A stretch of 64,000 bases of DNA, from assembly GCA_015680685.1 (NCBI GenBank), contig MNCI01002706.1, forward strand, positions 613,415-677,414. The letters run 5' to 3'. Source of the stretch: Gnetum montanum (taxonomy: Eukaryota > Plantae > Gnetophyta). This document shows positions 35,609 to 48,700 of this stretch, one piece after another. The notes beneath the pieces were generated by a model. That model saw only the letters and a program-made list of their open reading frames with translations, made no database searches and was not told where the DNA came from. Position 1 is the first letter of the stretch. Each line of letters starts with the position of its first letter. Position numbers and translations under genes: made by a program.

Positions 35609-37512
35609 TGCCCTGTGACATTTTGATACCTTCCCTTGTGATATTTAAGGGAGGGTTGCAAGTGCAAGAATTCATAATATGCCATCATCTCTAGTATTTC
35701 CCGATGGCTTATAAATGCAGCAAGTCTTTTCTTAAGGGGGATATACAGGTATAAGTCCAAGATCATTGAATTCTGTTAAATGATTGAACATACAAGATAA
35801 CTGTTTCTTGGGTGTTTTTGTCATATGCTTAAATCTAGAGGAGCATAATCCTTTAATCTCCCGCTTCAAGGTATTATCTTGTTTTTTTAGTACCATATGT
35901 TGCTGAGAGTGCTTGCAATTAAACAGCTTACAGGGTTCATTAGAGTTTTTAATTTATACAGCGAATGCATTAATTTCTAGTACCTTCATGAATTTTTTTA
36001 CATAGCTCAAAAATGCCTTTTATCATCTGATCGGTACTTGGCCTCTGTATTTATTTGTTAATTTATTAGAATATTTAAAATGATAAATATCCAAATCATG
36101 GAAGGCTATTTGTCATGTAGCTTCTTTTAAATTTGGGTCTGGTTGATTTTTCTGTTCCACTGAGCACAATTTGTTCAACCATTTGTTACCGTTTTCCTGT
36201 TAGGCTAACTTTCTGTGACTTCCTTTTTGCAAAGTTAGACTCCATATTGATGTTTTTATGAATTTTTGGCGCTCTTTTATAAACTGCATTTTCTTCTTTG
36301 CTGGTATACTGTGATTTGGTGCCCACTTTCTTTTTTGTTTTGTTTTTTTGAGTGGCTATTATCTATCCTAGAAAAGCAGTTTCGTATTTTCTGTAATGTT
36401 TGCAAATTTAATGACTAAACGTTTAATAAGAAAGCTGTTGAATTTTTTTACGCAATATATGATTTATATTATGAAATGCCTTTTTTCATGGTGTGTTTTA
36501 TTCATTTTTGATGTACGAAACTTTTTTATCACAGTTGCCTAAATATGTGCGAATTTGTTTTCAATAGTTTGAAATATTAGATTGGAGGACTTTGCCGAGA
36601 ACACTGTTTGCTAGAAAGAACATATTCTTTTGTCTGGATACAAATGCCTGTTAATTGAATATTAGCTTGTAGAGGCATCAGAACAAGCACGTGTCATGAT
36701 GCTGTACAAATACATGCCAGCGTATTCAGGATAAGGTATGCTATAGTTTCATAAAGCTAAATGGTTTGGAAAATTTTAAATACCGATGATTTCAATTTTT
36801 ATTAGTTTCTTTACCATCCAATATAATTCTAGTTAGCTGCGATTTTTTCTGCAACACACAACCAGCAAGAAAGAAACGATTAGTATGTTGACATTATGCT
36901 TTATCATTTGTCAGCATTGACCATATTTGTTTGCACTATTGCATGAGCATTCTCTTGCTCCTATGTAGAATGAAATGAACCTGTCACACTCCCTTTGAGT
37001 TCTTGAAGAAAGTGTGATTTGTTCTTTTTCCCTTGAGAGTCCCTAAAATCTACTGGCTTACAATACAATATTTATATATCATCCTTCCCTGAATATTTTT
37101 TATGCCAATAAGATGGGTATTCCCTTGTGGACAATCATTTTGCCTCACTAGTGTATCCTGAAAGTTTATGTAGGATCTAGTGAATGAAGCTCATGCAACA
37201 GGGGAGACAAGGAGCACTGCCATCAACTTGACTTAAAATGGAAATGGCAAATACAATTAGATAATTGTAACCAAGTTGAAGAGAACATACATCATTGGTG
37301 TGAAATGTTCGAAATAAAATGATATGCAACTATAGAAAACTTAATAGTTAAGGCATTTATTAGTTAATATAGAGATTAATTTGTGTTCATTGTGAGGCTT
37401 GAATTTATACCGTGACAGCGACAGATAACAATGGTGACATAGTAAAGTAAAAAAAAGGTGAAAATAGGATAAAGAAATGAAGAGTTGACTTATTTTCTTA
37501 ATGCCATCTATT

Positions 37513-40500
37513 TCTTTTTGGAATGAGATTGAGTGTTATTAATTCCAAAAAGAGCTGTACATGAGTATAGCCCAAGTTAGGGTTGTTGACCCCACGCCCA
37601 GCAGACCTTGCCCCCACAAAACCCTGCACCATTCAATTTTTAACCTTGCCCCCTCCCAAAGGCAGGCCCACCTCGCACCCACAATATATTTACAAGTGCC
37701 CTTTTCACAAGTCCTTGCCGACCAAGTCGTCCTTGAGTCCCTGGCCAACACGACTCACATCATCCTAGCCTTCCCATCTTGTTTTGTATGTGGATTTTGC
37801 CCTTGTGTCAATCCCATATGCTCCTCTGTGGTATGCAAATGTGGGTTGCTGTCCACCTTGGTTCTTGCTTTGGAGGTGCTTGTGCTAAGGGCCAAGTGTT
37901 GTTGGTTCTCTTGAATGAGCTGTGCCAGCCTAGTCCTGTGTTCCGAGAAGATGCCTTCCATCCATCTTAGCGTCTGTATCTGCATTCGTGTGGTCTCTTG
38001 CTGCACCTCTCTTTGCACATTAGCCCATCGCTTCTGCCACCACTCCCTTTCTTCCTGTCTAGCCTGTTTAGGCACTCTACTACATTCCGTGGTGATGTCC
38101 CACCTAGGCCCTTGCTACGAGTGTCTCCCCTTTGTATTGAACTGCTGGTTCTATGGCTCTCCAGTGCATGTTGTTGTTGTTCTCACCATGCGTTCCCTCT
38201 CCTAGGATCCTATCCAGGCCGCCTGTTGCTTACCCTGTTGTTTGGAATATACGATCATGGGTTGTAATGACAGGATCGGTGTTCCTGCACGCCAGAATGC
38301 CATGATAACCCTTGGGTGTCTCCCAGGACGTCAGCACTGCAGAGAATCCCAGAAAAATCTAGGGACATTAATGGGCGTCCTGTGCCTCATGTGTTTCAGA
38401 AACATGAAGTGGACTCCCACCAGTTTGTGGGGGTAACCAGATTGGATGAAATACTATTAAATTAAAATGGCAGCTTCCCTCCACACCCCCTCTCTGAATA
38501 TGCTCGTTGCTATCCTGGGGATGTCCCCTTGGAAGAATTTAGCTGTGTTCGATTGCACATGTACAACCAGTGCAATGACCATTCCCTTAGCCTGTATACC
38601 CAACACGTCCACCAAAATAGGCACCAAAATAGTGATTCTTTTGCCCTAGAATGTAGTTTCATTGCCCTGCCAATTGTCATAAAACTATGCCGTGGGTAAT
38701 CCCTATTCCCCTTCCAGGTGGTGTAACATTTCATCTTAGCCCATTTGTTGAACCAGAGGCCATAACTCGGCATGGTTTCTGAAATTAGAGACTGAGGGCT
38801 CAAAGAGCATTTGCTGCCCCATAGCCATGGAAGCCTCGTTCCAAAGCCCTTGAATGCCCCTAGCCACTATCCCTAGTGACAACAGCTCTGTGCCCCTAAA
38901 TATTCGCAAGTTCCAGTGCTTCCACAACACCCACAAAGCTGCTAGGGTGGGAGAGTCCCTGTGGCATGCAAACGCCGTAAGATGGGCAGTGTGCCAAACA
39001 ACCCTTGTGAAAGGGCAGCTATATATAAGGTGCTGAAGCGTTTTAGTGTCTCGTCCAGCAGGTTCATGCCCAAGAGCTCCTCAAACTCCTAGAAGAATTC
39101 TATAGGCCACCCATCCAAACCTAGGGCTTTTTTCGTTGCATGGCTTTCATGGCCATATGGAATTCTGCCCTTGAAAATGGTCTTAGCAATTGCTGGTTCT
39201 TGGCAAGGGTTAAGATGCAAGGCACCGAAACTGAGATGGGCTCAGTGTGCCACCATTACCATATATCCTCCCGGTATGTTTATAGTTGAGAGAGCCCTTG
39301 CTCTGCACTTGACCATCCCCCAGGATCTAAATCCTATAGCAGGTGTTGTAGCTTGCTCTTGGTGGCCTGATGCATGTTCATAGCAGCAAAGAAAAATTTG
39401 GTGTGCCTATCTCCCTCCCCTAACCATGTTATCCACGATCTCTATTTCTAGTAGGCTTCTTCCTCCCTATCTAATTCTTGGAGCTTAGTAAGGTGCTTGT
39501 TCATCTTGTCCCAGATCTGCCCCCTCCTCCTGTTGTTGCTGAATTTCCCATAGTTGTTTCTGCACTTGGGCACGATAGCCTTTGAAACTGTATTTGTTGT
39601 TGGCTGCGATGTTCTTGATGTGTTGCTTAATCGATTGTAGCCCTCTCTTGAGGAATTCTCTGGGCTCTTGTGCGCCGATGTATTTTTGCCATGTATTATG
39701 CACTAGATTTCTCAACCATGGTTTGTTGAGCGAGGTTTGTTCGAATTGAAATGGCTAGGGGGCTTTGTCTACCATGGACTGGATCCTGCAAATGATAGTC
39801 CTGTGATCTGATGCTTGTCTTTCTTGGCTTTCAGCTCAAATATGAAATTCTAGCATGAGGTTGGAGTCGACCCAAACCTTGTCAATCCTGGAATGGACTT
39901 GATCGGTCCCCCATTTGTTGTTGCTCCATGTGTATCTACAGCCTGTGATTTCCAGATCAACTAGGTCATATGCATGTATGAATGTTGTGCATTTTGTTGC
40001 ACCCAGAGGGTCTGAGCAGTCTCCCCCTGACTTTTCCCAACAAAACATCTTTTGGTTGAAGTCCCCAATCATTATCCACCTTGTTGTGTTGTCAACCAGG
40101 GCTGCCACGTGTTTGAATTCCTGAATGTGAGCCTCCCAACTCTGTGCTTTGTAAATGTTAGTGACCCAGATGCTTGTCTGTGGTAGGCACATCGTGATGC
40201 TCTATGCAGATGCATCCGCAAGCTCCACAACATCCTTGGTTAGGACTGCCAGTCCTCCAGCACTCCCTCTACTAGGCACCATGTGTAGGGGCCAACCTTC
40301 CCACTGTAAGAGCTGCTTCTTTGCAAGTTGCGCTTGGTCTCTTGGAGGTAGACCATGTCGCATCCTTCCTCCCACACAATCCTTTTTAGGGTATTTCTTT
40401 TATACGGGGTACCCTATCCCGACAATTCCAAGAAAAAATCTTCATGGGGACATAGACAAACACCTGTGATACACCTCTCGGAGTGTGTGCTACACTCCCA

Positions 40501-42007
40501 AACCTAGGTCCAGTTGTGTAGACTTATGTCTCGTACTGGCAGCATCTGGGCACGCAACCTTAGGGGTGGGCTTTGCAACTTCGGTGCCCTGTATGTTAAA
40601 CCCCTTTGGGCCCAATATGTCTTTCATTTTTGGCTTGGTGGACCCTCTACCAAGCATGATCCATTCCCCCAACGGGGGTAACTCAGGTCCATTTCCTCCC
40701 AATGGCTTCTTTTTCTTCATCAAAGGGGTATGCGGTGACCCCGTATCTCCTTTTTCATGCTTAGTCGAGCTTGGTAGCTCCATCTATGCCTCCCCAGTTC
40801 ATGAGCTCCCCTCAACTCTCTCAGTATCCTGTGTGGCTAGGACCTCCTCCATGGCCAGTCTGCTCCTTTGCACTTGATGTGCAGCCAGAGAGCCTCCACC
40901 CCAAGAACTAAAGGTCCCTTCTTCACGGTGCGACTCTTATGGCCTACCAAATTCCACCCCTACTGTGACTTTGGTGGAGTGACCCTACGGTTTGGCTTTG
41001 AATGTCCTCTGCTTGCAGTTGCCTTTGGTGGTGCTGGCATGTTCTCAAAATGCACAAGGATCTGCTCCTCGCCTATTTCTGTGTCCAAGACGAGCTTATT
41101 GATCTTGTCCTCTGACCTTAAGGATCTCCACACATAGAATCACACATATCCCATTCGATCCATGGAAGTGGTGAAGGTGTCGAACTTTGATAAATTCACC
41201 AAATAGTTCAGCTAGCGATTTCAGGAATTTAGGAGACCAGTATTCCAATGGCAAGTCATGGAGTTGCACCCACACCGGAGCACAGTGGAAAAGCCTTGTG
41301 TCCCGGTGTGCCCTGGGGCACCAGGGAGCAAGGGCTAGTCCTTGAGCCCCATAGAACCACAACACCCCCACAAGGACATGATCACGCTCCTCGACCATCT
41401 AGAAGTTGAAGAGCCATTGATCCCATGTCAGGCTCTGCACACAGACGTTGTCCAGTCCCTAAACAACCTTAACCCATCTTCGAATAAGATCCTTTCGGGG
41501 CTGTGCCCCTTTAGACACGATCTTCCTGAGTAGACTTCGTTGCAATCTCTGCACAATGTCTTCAGGTGGGCGACCCACCTTAAGATGCATAGTGGCCCTG
41601 TTGTGGGAGCAGGCCTCGAAAGCCCCAATCCCCCCCTGTTTCACATGTGCCGGAAACTGTGTTAGGCCTTGGCCCCCCGTCATCTGTAGAGTGGGACTTC
41701 CAAGTGTGTCCAGACCCTCCCTGCAATTCAATGGCTACTTCTGATCCCTTATGTGCACCGACACCCATTCCTGCTTTCCCTCTAACTCTAGCCCCTTGGC
41801 CCGCGTCTGTACCCTTGCCCGTGTCTGCCCCTGTGGTTGTGCTGCCACCCGACCCTGTTCCTGTGCCCATGCGAGCTCCCTCTCCTACTCTCGACATTTT
41901 GAAAATCCGATTTTGTGTTCATAAAACGAGATTATATTAAAAGCACTATATATTATCATTTATCCTTGTGTGCAGAACAGAAACTTAAAAATTAACACAT
42001 CGTCTAG
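37513..42007 (-). mobile_element. LINE copy D: 5'-complete, internally deleted (most of RT missing), extension without a J-domain
   Basis: Perfect 17-bp TSD tcttaatgccatctatt at 37496-37512 and 42008-42024; ORF1 (LWFYGAQGLALAPW); APE (MKIFSWNC, MIGDFNQ); RT start joined to zf-RVT at ~39050; helical domain 38290-38800; coiled coil 37755-38075. Confidence 0.92.
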
Positions 42008-43619
42008 TCTTAATGCCATCTATTGAATGAATCATGAATTTTTATTACAAAAGCTACAAATGCAAATCAGATACAAACTGTTTGAAATTTTTGACATTTA
42101 GAGGCATAGTGAAACCGTCAATAAGTTGATCTTTTGTATTGATGCAGATTGGAAAAATGAATCCTTCAGCAAACACATGATAGATATAATGCACATAATT
42201 CCAATTTGCTTGGTTTTCTTATGGAAAACTAGATTTGTAATCAACTTAATACCACTTGGATTGTCATAGGAAACCAAACACTGTTTAGCAGAGCAGGCGG
42301 TTGGATGTGAAGTGGCCTAGGTAGATGCCAAACCTGCTATACCTAAATCTTTTTTTTTTAAGGTCTTCAAATAGTTAATGTAGCTATTTCAGTTCAGTAA
42401 CACATGATAGATATAATGCACAATAACTTCAGCAAACACATGACAGATATAATGCACAGTAACTTCAATGTGCTTGATATTTTTGTGGAAAACTGGATTT
42501 GTAATAAACCTAATAGCACTTTGATTGTTATAGGAAACGAAGATTGATACATAAATCTTTTCTTTAAGTTCTTCAAATAGATGTAAGTACTTCAGTTCAG
42601 TAACAAGGTTAACTGCAGCTCTGTATTTTGCTTCTATAGAAGACGTGAAAACTGCTCTTTGTTTTGTTGACTACCATGAAATTACATTACCATGATGTTT
42701 AATAAGAAATCTAGTTGTTAAACATCACGCGACTCTGTCTCCACCATAATTTGTATGTGTAACCTGCAAGATCAAAATTTGAACAATCATAGACTAAGTC
42801 ATGGTCAATTGTACCTTTGAGGTATCTCAGTATTTCTATGGCCAAGGTTAATTGAATGTTTGTAGGTTTTTGGTTGAACTAAGACAACAAATTCACAGAA
42901 TATGAAATATCGTCTCATATTAGTTAATTAGATTAATTTTCCAATCAATCTTTTATACACAGTGGGATCATCAACCCATGGGGCACTATCTGGATCCTGT
43001 GGTGTCGAACGTGCTTTGCAATCTAGTAAACAGTGTCTTTCCAACAAATCTAAAACATACGTTCTTTGGGTTACCTGTATATGATTTTGGGACTGATAAA
43101 TCTCAAAACCAAGGAAATAACTAAGCAGACCTAGACCCAACATTTCAAATCTGGTTTTCAACTAACTGTTAACATTGTCAATTAGTTGAGAATTCTTCCT
43201 GCTGATAACTGTATCAGCAACATTCAATAATTTGGATTTAGCATATGGTCTTCTTCCAACAAATCTAAAACATAATTTCTTTGGGTTAACTGTATCTGAT
43301 TTTGTGATTGATGAATCTCAAAATCAAGGAAATAACTGAGCAGGCCTAGATTTGACATTCCAAATTTGGTTTCCAGCTAAATTTTAACCTTTTCAATTAG
43401 TTGAGAATTTTCCTTGGTGATTACCATACTAACATACAATAACATTATTACATCCCTCCATGAGTCCTTTGCTTTCATAACATAAAGATTGGCAATTGCA
43501 CTTGATCTTTTGAACGCCATCTAATGTACAAACTCATAAATTTTATGTACCATTTATGGGGAGCTTGCTTTAACCCATATAGAGACTTACTTTGTAGACA
43601 TGATTAAAAATTTACCATC

Positions 43620-45410
43620 CATGGCTACGACTATGCTTTAGTGCTTGTGGAGGGCACGCAATGTGCTGATCTTCCAGTCAGTGCGGCTTCCTCTTGCACA
43701 TATTGCAATTCTTGGGCTTTAGACTATGGCACGAAGCCTTGAATGCGATGGGGGTCACACCCACGTTTGAGCCTACTTGCTATGGATATCAAGGAAATCA
43801 AGTCTTGTGGGGTATGGTGGTGTGTGTGGGTTGGGTGAACCTTCTTTTGATAATAGAAGGGAACCCAGAACTGGTTGATGGGGGCTTCTTCTGCAATTGG
43901 AGGAATGACTCCACTACCCACTGTGGAGTGCAGATTACTCTTATAGAAGCAATCATTTCCGGTTACCTGGACATGCCCATGATGGGAGAAATGATCCTTC
44001 CCAGGGGGTCCAAGATGTTGCAGAGTTTTTTCAGGGTCTAGTTCCTAAAATTGGAAGTGCGTAGGTTCCTAAATCGGCCTTGTTGCTGATGTGGTAGGAT
44101 GCTGCCAAGTTCGTTGATTGCTTCTTCATCCAGTCAGGCAATGTCTAGAAACTCCAAGGAACACACTTTGCCTTCTTGAAATGTTTGCTATAGGGTTGCA
44201 GTGTGAACCTCCCCAAAACTTTCTTTGCTTCCCTACAACGTTAGCAACGAGGTCAACATTCTTGACTCATCCTTGCTATGTGGCATGTGGCGCACCCTTT
44301 GACACCATGGCTGGATCGGTCCATCATTGTTGTTTATGAATGGCGTTGACTCTTTATGTAGGACCCCATGGAGGATGGGGCCCAAGTTAAGGTAGACACA
44401 AAACAAGAACCCCCTATTGAGGAGCCTTGGCAACAGGTCTTTGTAGCGGATCGTATTAAGGCTCTCGTTGTTGCTGAGGTGGCTTGTATGGAGGAAAGGA
44501 CACTTTGGGAGTCGAAGTGGTAGTAGTGAGAGGAGGAATTTAGCTAGATGCTAGAACATGTGCTCTTACAACACAATGAAAACATAGAAGAGGAACAAAG
44601 GAGGTGCGATTTGAGGGAGGCCATCCTCAAGACTGAGGCTAAAGCGGAGCTGCATAGGCAAATTCAGCAAGAGCTTCTACGGGAGGAGTAAGAGAGGGTT
44701 ACATGCGAGGTTGTAGAGGTAAAGCAAAGAGAAAAAGATTGTCTGGAGGAGGAGTAGCTACAACACCAATAGGACTTAGTGCATGAAACCAACATACATT
44801 GTTGGTTCTAGCACAATAGGTGCCCTTATGTTACCATGAAAGTTAATTACAATACATCCTGGATTGCTTTACGGAGATACATTAGAAGAACCTCTGCCAA
44901 GCTCTATCTAGATACCCTAGGAAATGAAGTAGAGCGACACCAAAAGGAGGAAGAATACAAAGAGTTCCAATAGGCTACGACATTTATGGATATTGAAAGG
45001 CATTCGGCAATTCTTGATGCAATCCACTACTAGGAACAGGCAACACCACCATGCACTTGATTGCATAGGCCAACATATGAACTAGGACTGGGCCCCCTTT
45101 TTGTTGTTATTGGTTTTTGGGCTTTTGAGTTCATGGTTGGTTGGTACTGGGTGTTGCTGTTTTGGGGCCTCTGATATCCTTTGTTTTTCTCTGCTTTGGT
45201 ACTCCCTTTTCTTATAGTTTAGGAGGTTTGTCTGCTATGTTGGTGTTTGTGATGATGGACTGTTTTTGTGTTTGTTCTGGTTTGTAACATTGCCTGATGG
45301 AAACATGCATGGTTTTTTTTGGCGTTTTGATCATAGGGGTACTTCTCCCCCTCTCCATTTGATGTAAATATTTCTTGCTTTTGTATTAATACATATCCTC
45401 AAACTTTTCT

Positions 45411-45437
<27 letters not shown>
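43620..45437 (+). mobile_element. LINE copy E: 5'-truncated insertion consisting almost entirely of the ORF2 extension and 3'UTR
   Basis: TSD aaaaatttaccatc (43606-43619) / aaaaatttaccanc (45438-45451) at a TT/AAAA site; long poly(A); LWRARNVLIF, helical domain, coiled coil and J-domain. Confidence 0.92.
44821..45018 (+). pseudogene. Degenerate J-domain of LINE copy E
   Basis: CPYVTMKVNYNTSWIALRRYIRRTSAKLYLDTLGNEVERHQKEEEYKEFQ*ATTFMDIERHSAILD; YLD (tat cta gat, 44905-44913) equals HPD (cat cca gat) with two C>T changes. Confidence 0.75.
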
Positions 45438-45445
<8 letters not shown>

Positions 45446-45733
45446 ACCANCAAAGCCTTTAGGTTGATACATAAAAATTTCTTGTAGATTTCCATTAAGA
45501 AAAGTAGTCTTAACATCAAGTTGAAATGGTTTCCAATAATATGTTGCAGCCATGGATAACATACACCATATGGTGGGAGCAAACATTTCTTTGTAAACAT
45601 TGTCTTTTCATTTAAAAAAACCTTTGAGTATGTTTTGTATTTACCCACTATGTTATTAGCTTTTCTTTAATTCAAAATATTCACTTGCTTGTCAAAAGTC
45701 CAATTTGTGTAGTAGCTTTAACAAGATCCCAAG

Positions 45734-48700
45734 TGTGAGAGAGGTAGCAGGGTTGGTGGTGGCTTGCTACCTCCCCCACGGTTTGGGGGCCGTGGGAACG
45801 CAAGGAGTCCTTTGCTCCTTGTGTCTTTCGAACCATACTGGCATGGCAATTCCATGCGATAGTAAGAGGAGGCTACGACCTTCCTCGTTACCCCACTTGG
45901 TAGGGCTTTGCCTAGGAGGGTTGCGTAGTTTGACTCTATGTTGGGGTGTTAACCGGGTGTGTCATGGGATGTGCTATGGGATGTTGTTTGTGCTCGTAAG
46001 AGCGTGACACCAACTACTAGCAAGCGGTGATGAATTTGGAGGATTCAGCTGATAGTCCCCGTGGTGTCCACGTGAGTGGAGCAAGAGAGTGCTATCTAGC
46101 TTGTTAGGATAACGTGTATATTGGATTTGAAACATTGCTTAGGATGCATGCTAGCACTAACATCATGTTTGTTGGCATGTGTTTCGGGATTGTTGATTGT
46201 TGAGGCGTATTCCTCTTTAGTTTTGTCCTGATTCAAAATCTGCTTGGGAAACTCTTGGGGTGCTGGACAATGTTCTCAAGGACAATGTTGTTACAAATGG
46301 TATTAGAGCATCACACTTTTGTTTGCCAGTAAAAACTTGCTCAATAAAGGGTTGAGAGGGTTTGTGGTTTGTGAGATTTCCATTTTCAGCTTCTACTAGC
46401 CACTCTTCCTTTGTGAGTGGCCTTGTGCTAAAGTTCTCTCTTTGGCAATATGGAGCTTGGTGGACCTAGCGATATGGTGGAGGATCAAACAAACCCAGAG
46501 GTTGAGGTTGAGACAGAACTTGGTCAAGATGAGACTAAGTTTCAAACCCTATGGGACCATGTTAAAGCAATTGATGAGACCTTAGCCTACCATGGACTAG
46601 AGAACACGGATGTAATCCATCACATTCTTAAAGACGTTGAATTACCACATGATAAGATGGATCTCTGCTGTAAGGACTGGGTGAAAGTGGCAGAGGCTAA
46701 GGTTTTGATCCTAGAAGGCTGTTTGGATCGTATGTTGAACCTCTATAAGGATCTATTCAGATCTTTGTAGGAGGTACACACAAAAACATCTCTAGTTGAG
46801 GACCTAATTGGACGAGTAAAAGTTATGGAGGATGCCTTGGTGGGGGTAAATCAGGAGCTATCTGATTTGAAAGTTGAAAATGCTATCCTGGAATCCTCCT
46901 TGGTAGGATGCTTGGTAGAACAGCCAGTAGCAATGGCTCATATCAAAGCTAGAGAAACGAGTTCTTATGATGGTGAGAGGAGTGATGCCAAGATTGATGC
47001 CTTCCTCCATGATGTGGAGATGTACATGAATACCAAGGGTGTTCTTGCAACCCTAAAGGTCTCCACAACATCTCAGTATCTCATTGGAAGTGCTAAGCTA
47101 TGGTGGCTCAGCCTTCTTCGTGCTTAAGAAAAGGGTACTGCTACAGAAATGGTAGACACCTGGGACAGATTTAAGGCAATGTTGATTAAACAGTTCCACC
47201 TAGGGAACTCCGAGTGGGTAGCTAGAACCAAGCTTGAGTCCCTAAAACATTCAAGAAAGCTTGAAGATTACATCAATAGCTTCCAAGAGCTTATGTTGCT
47301 GATTCTCGATATAGGAGGTCAGGATCACTTCTTCAAATTTGTAAATGGGTTGCAGCCATGGGTGTAGATGGAACTGTGTCAAAGAGGCATTGACATGCTC
47401 ACAGAGGCTATCGTTGTTGCTGGTACCTTTCTTGACTTCAAGGCGACGAAGCCAGACAAGGGTAAGCCTAGGAAGGGAAAGCATGTCATGCCCTCCTATT
47501 CTCAAAAAACAAATACAGGTTCCATCAAAGGTGGAAACACATTCAAATCAACTCAGCAAGGTAGTCGTCCGATGGGTGGGCCTCTAGGAAACCAAGGCTC
47601 CCAACAAAAATGTAAAGATATAGGGAGCAAGTGGCAACTTGGGGCTAAGAAGAAACAATTCTTGGGAGGTCCCTTTAAGGGGCCAATTCAATGCTTCTTG
47701 TGTCGTGGGAATCACCTAGCAAGAAATTGCCCTTTGAGCTTAGGAAGGACAACAAGTAGGCAAGGGTAGGCTCCAGGGAGGCAACTGATGGCTCTTGACT
47801 GTTGCCTTGACGCATGCCCTCAGATTACAGACTGAAGCATTTTTGTGGAACAACAGAGACTAGTTGTTATGATGGAGTTGTCTGATATGGTTATGCAGAG
47901 GTCAGGAGTTGGAAGCTCCCAAAGTACTAATATTGATAATTTACATTAGGTTTAGTTGGCCCCAATCACTGTGAGCTCAAGTGAGATAAGTGCCCTCATT
48001 GATAATGGGGCTAGCAATTATATGATACCAACCTTGGTAAGGGACTTGCAGCTAAAAATGGAACTAGTCCAAGCTTCTTGCAAACTTGCCAAGTTTAGAC
48101 CTCTTCGGTGCATCGGGGTGTGTTGTAGTGTCCTAGTTCAAGTGGGCTCATGGCAAGGAGCTCTAGATTTCTCAATCCTAGATATGAACTCCTTTAAGGT
48201 TATATTGGGGCAAGAATTTTTACGTAAGGCCAAAGTCTTCACTGCTCCACATCTAGACCTGATCTTTATTTTGCATAAAAGCTCACCTTGCATAGTTCAG
48301 ACTCATGGAGCACAGATCGGGAAGGATGAGGGCTCTAATTCTCAAATTGTGTCCCCATTGGTGATGAAATGTTTGGCTAGGGATCCCACAAGAAAATTTC
48401 TGCTAGCTATGCAAACAGGAGATCCTTCTAAGGCTTGTGAGTCTTAAACAAACATTGACCCATGCATAGCACATGTGCTGAACAATTTTAAAGATGTGAT
48501 ACCACAAGAGTTACCCAAAAGTCTACCACCTTGGAGGGGTGTAGACCATAAAATAGAATTGCAGCTAGGTACTGACCAGTCTATTGAAAGACCATATCGG
48601 TTAACAAGACTAGAATTGGAGGAATTGAAGAAATAGCTTGAGAGCTTGATGTCTAAAGGATACATTCATCCTGCAAAATCTTCTTTGGGGCACCAATGTT

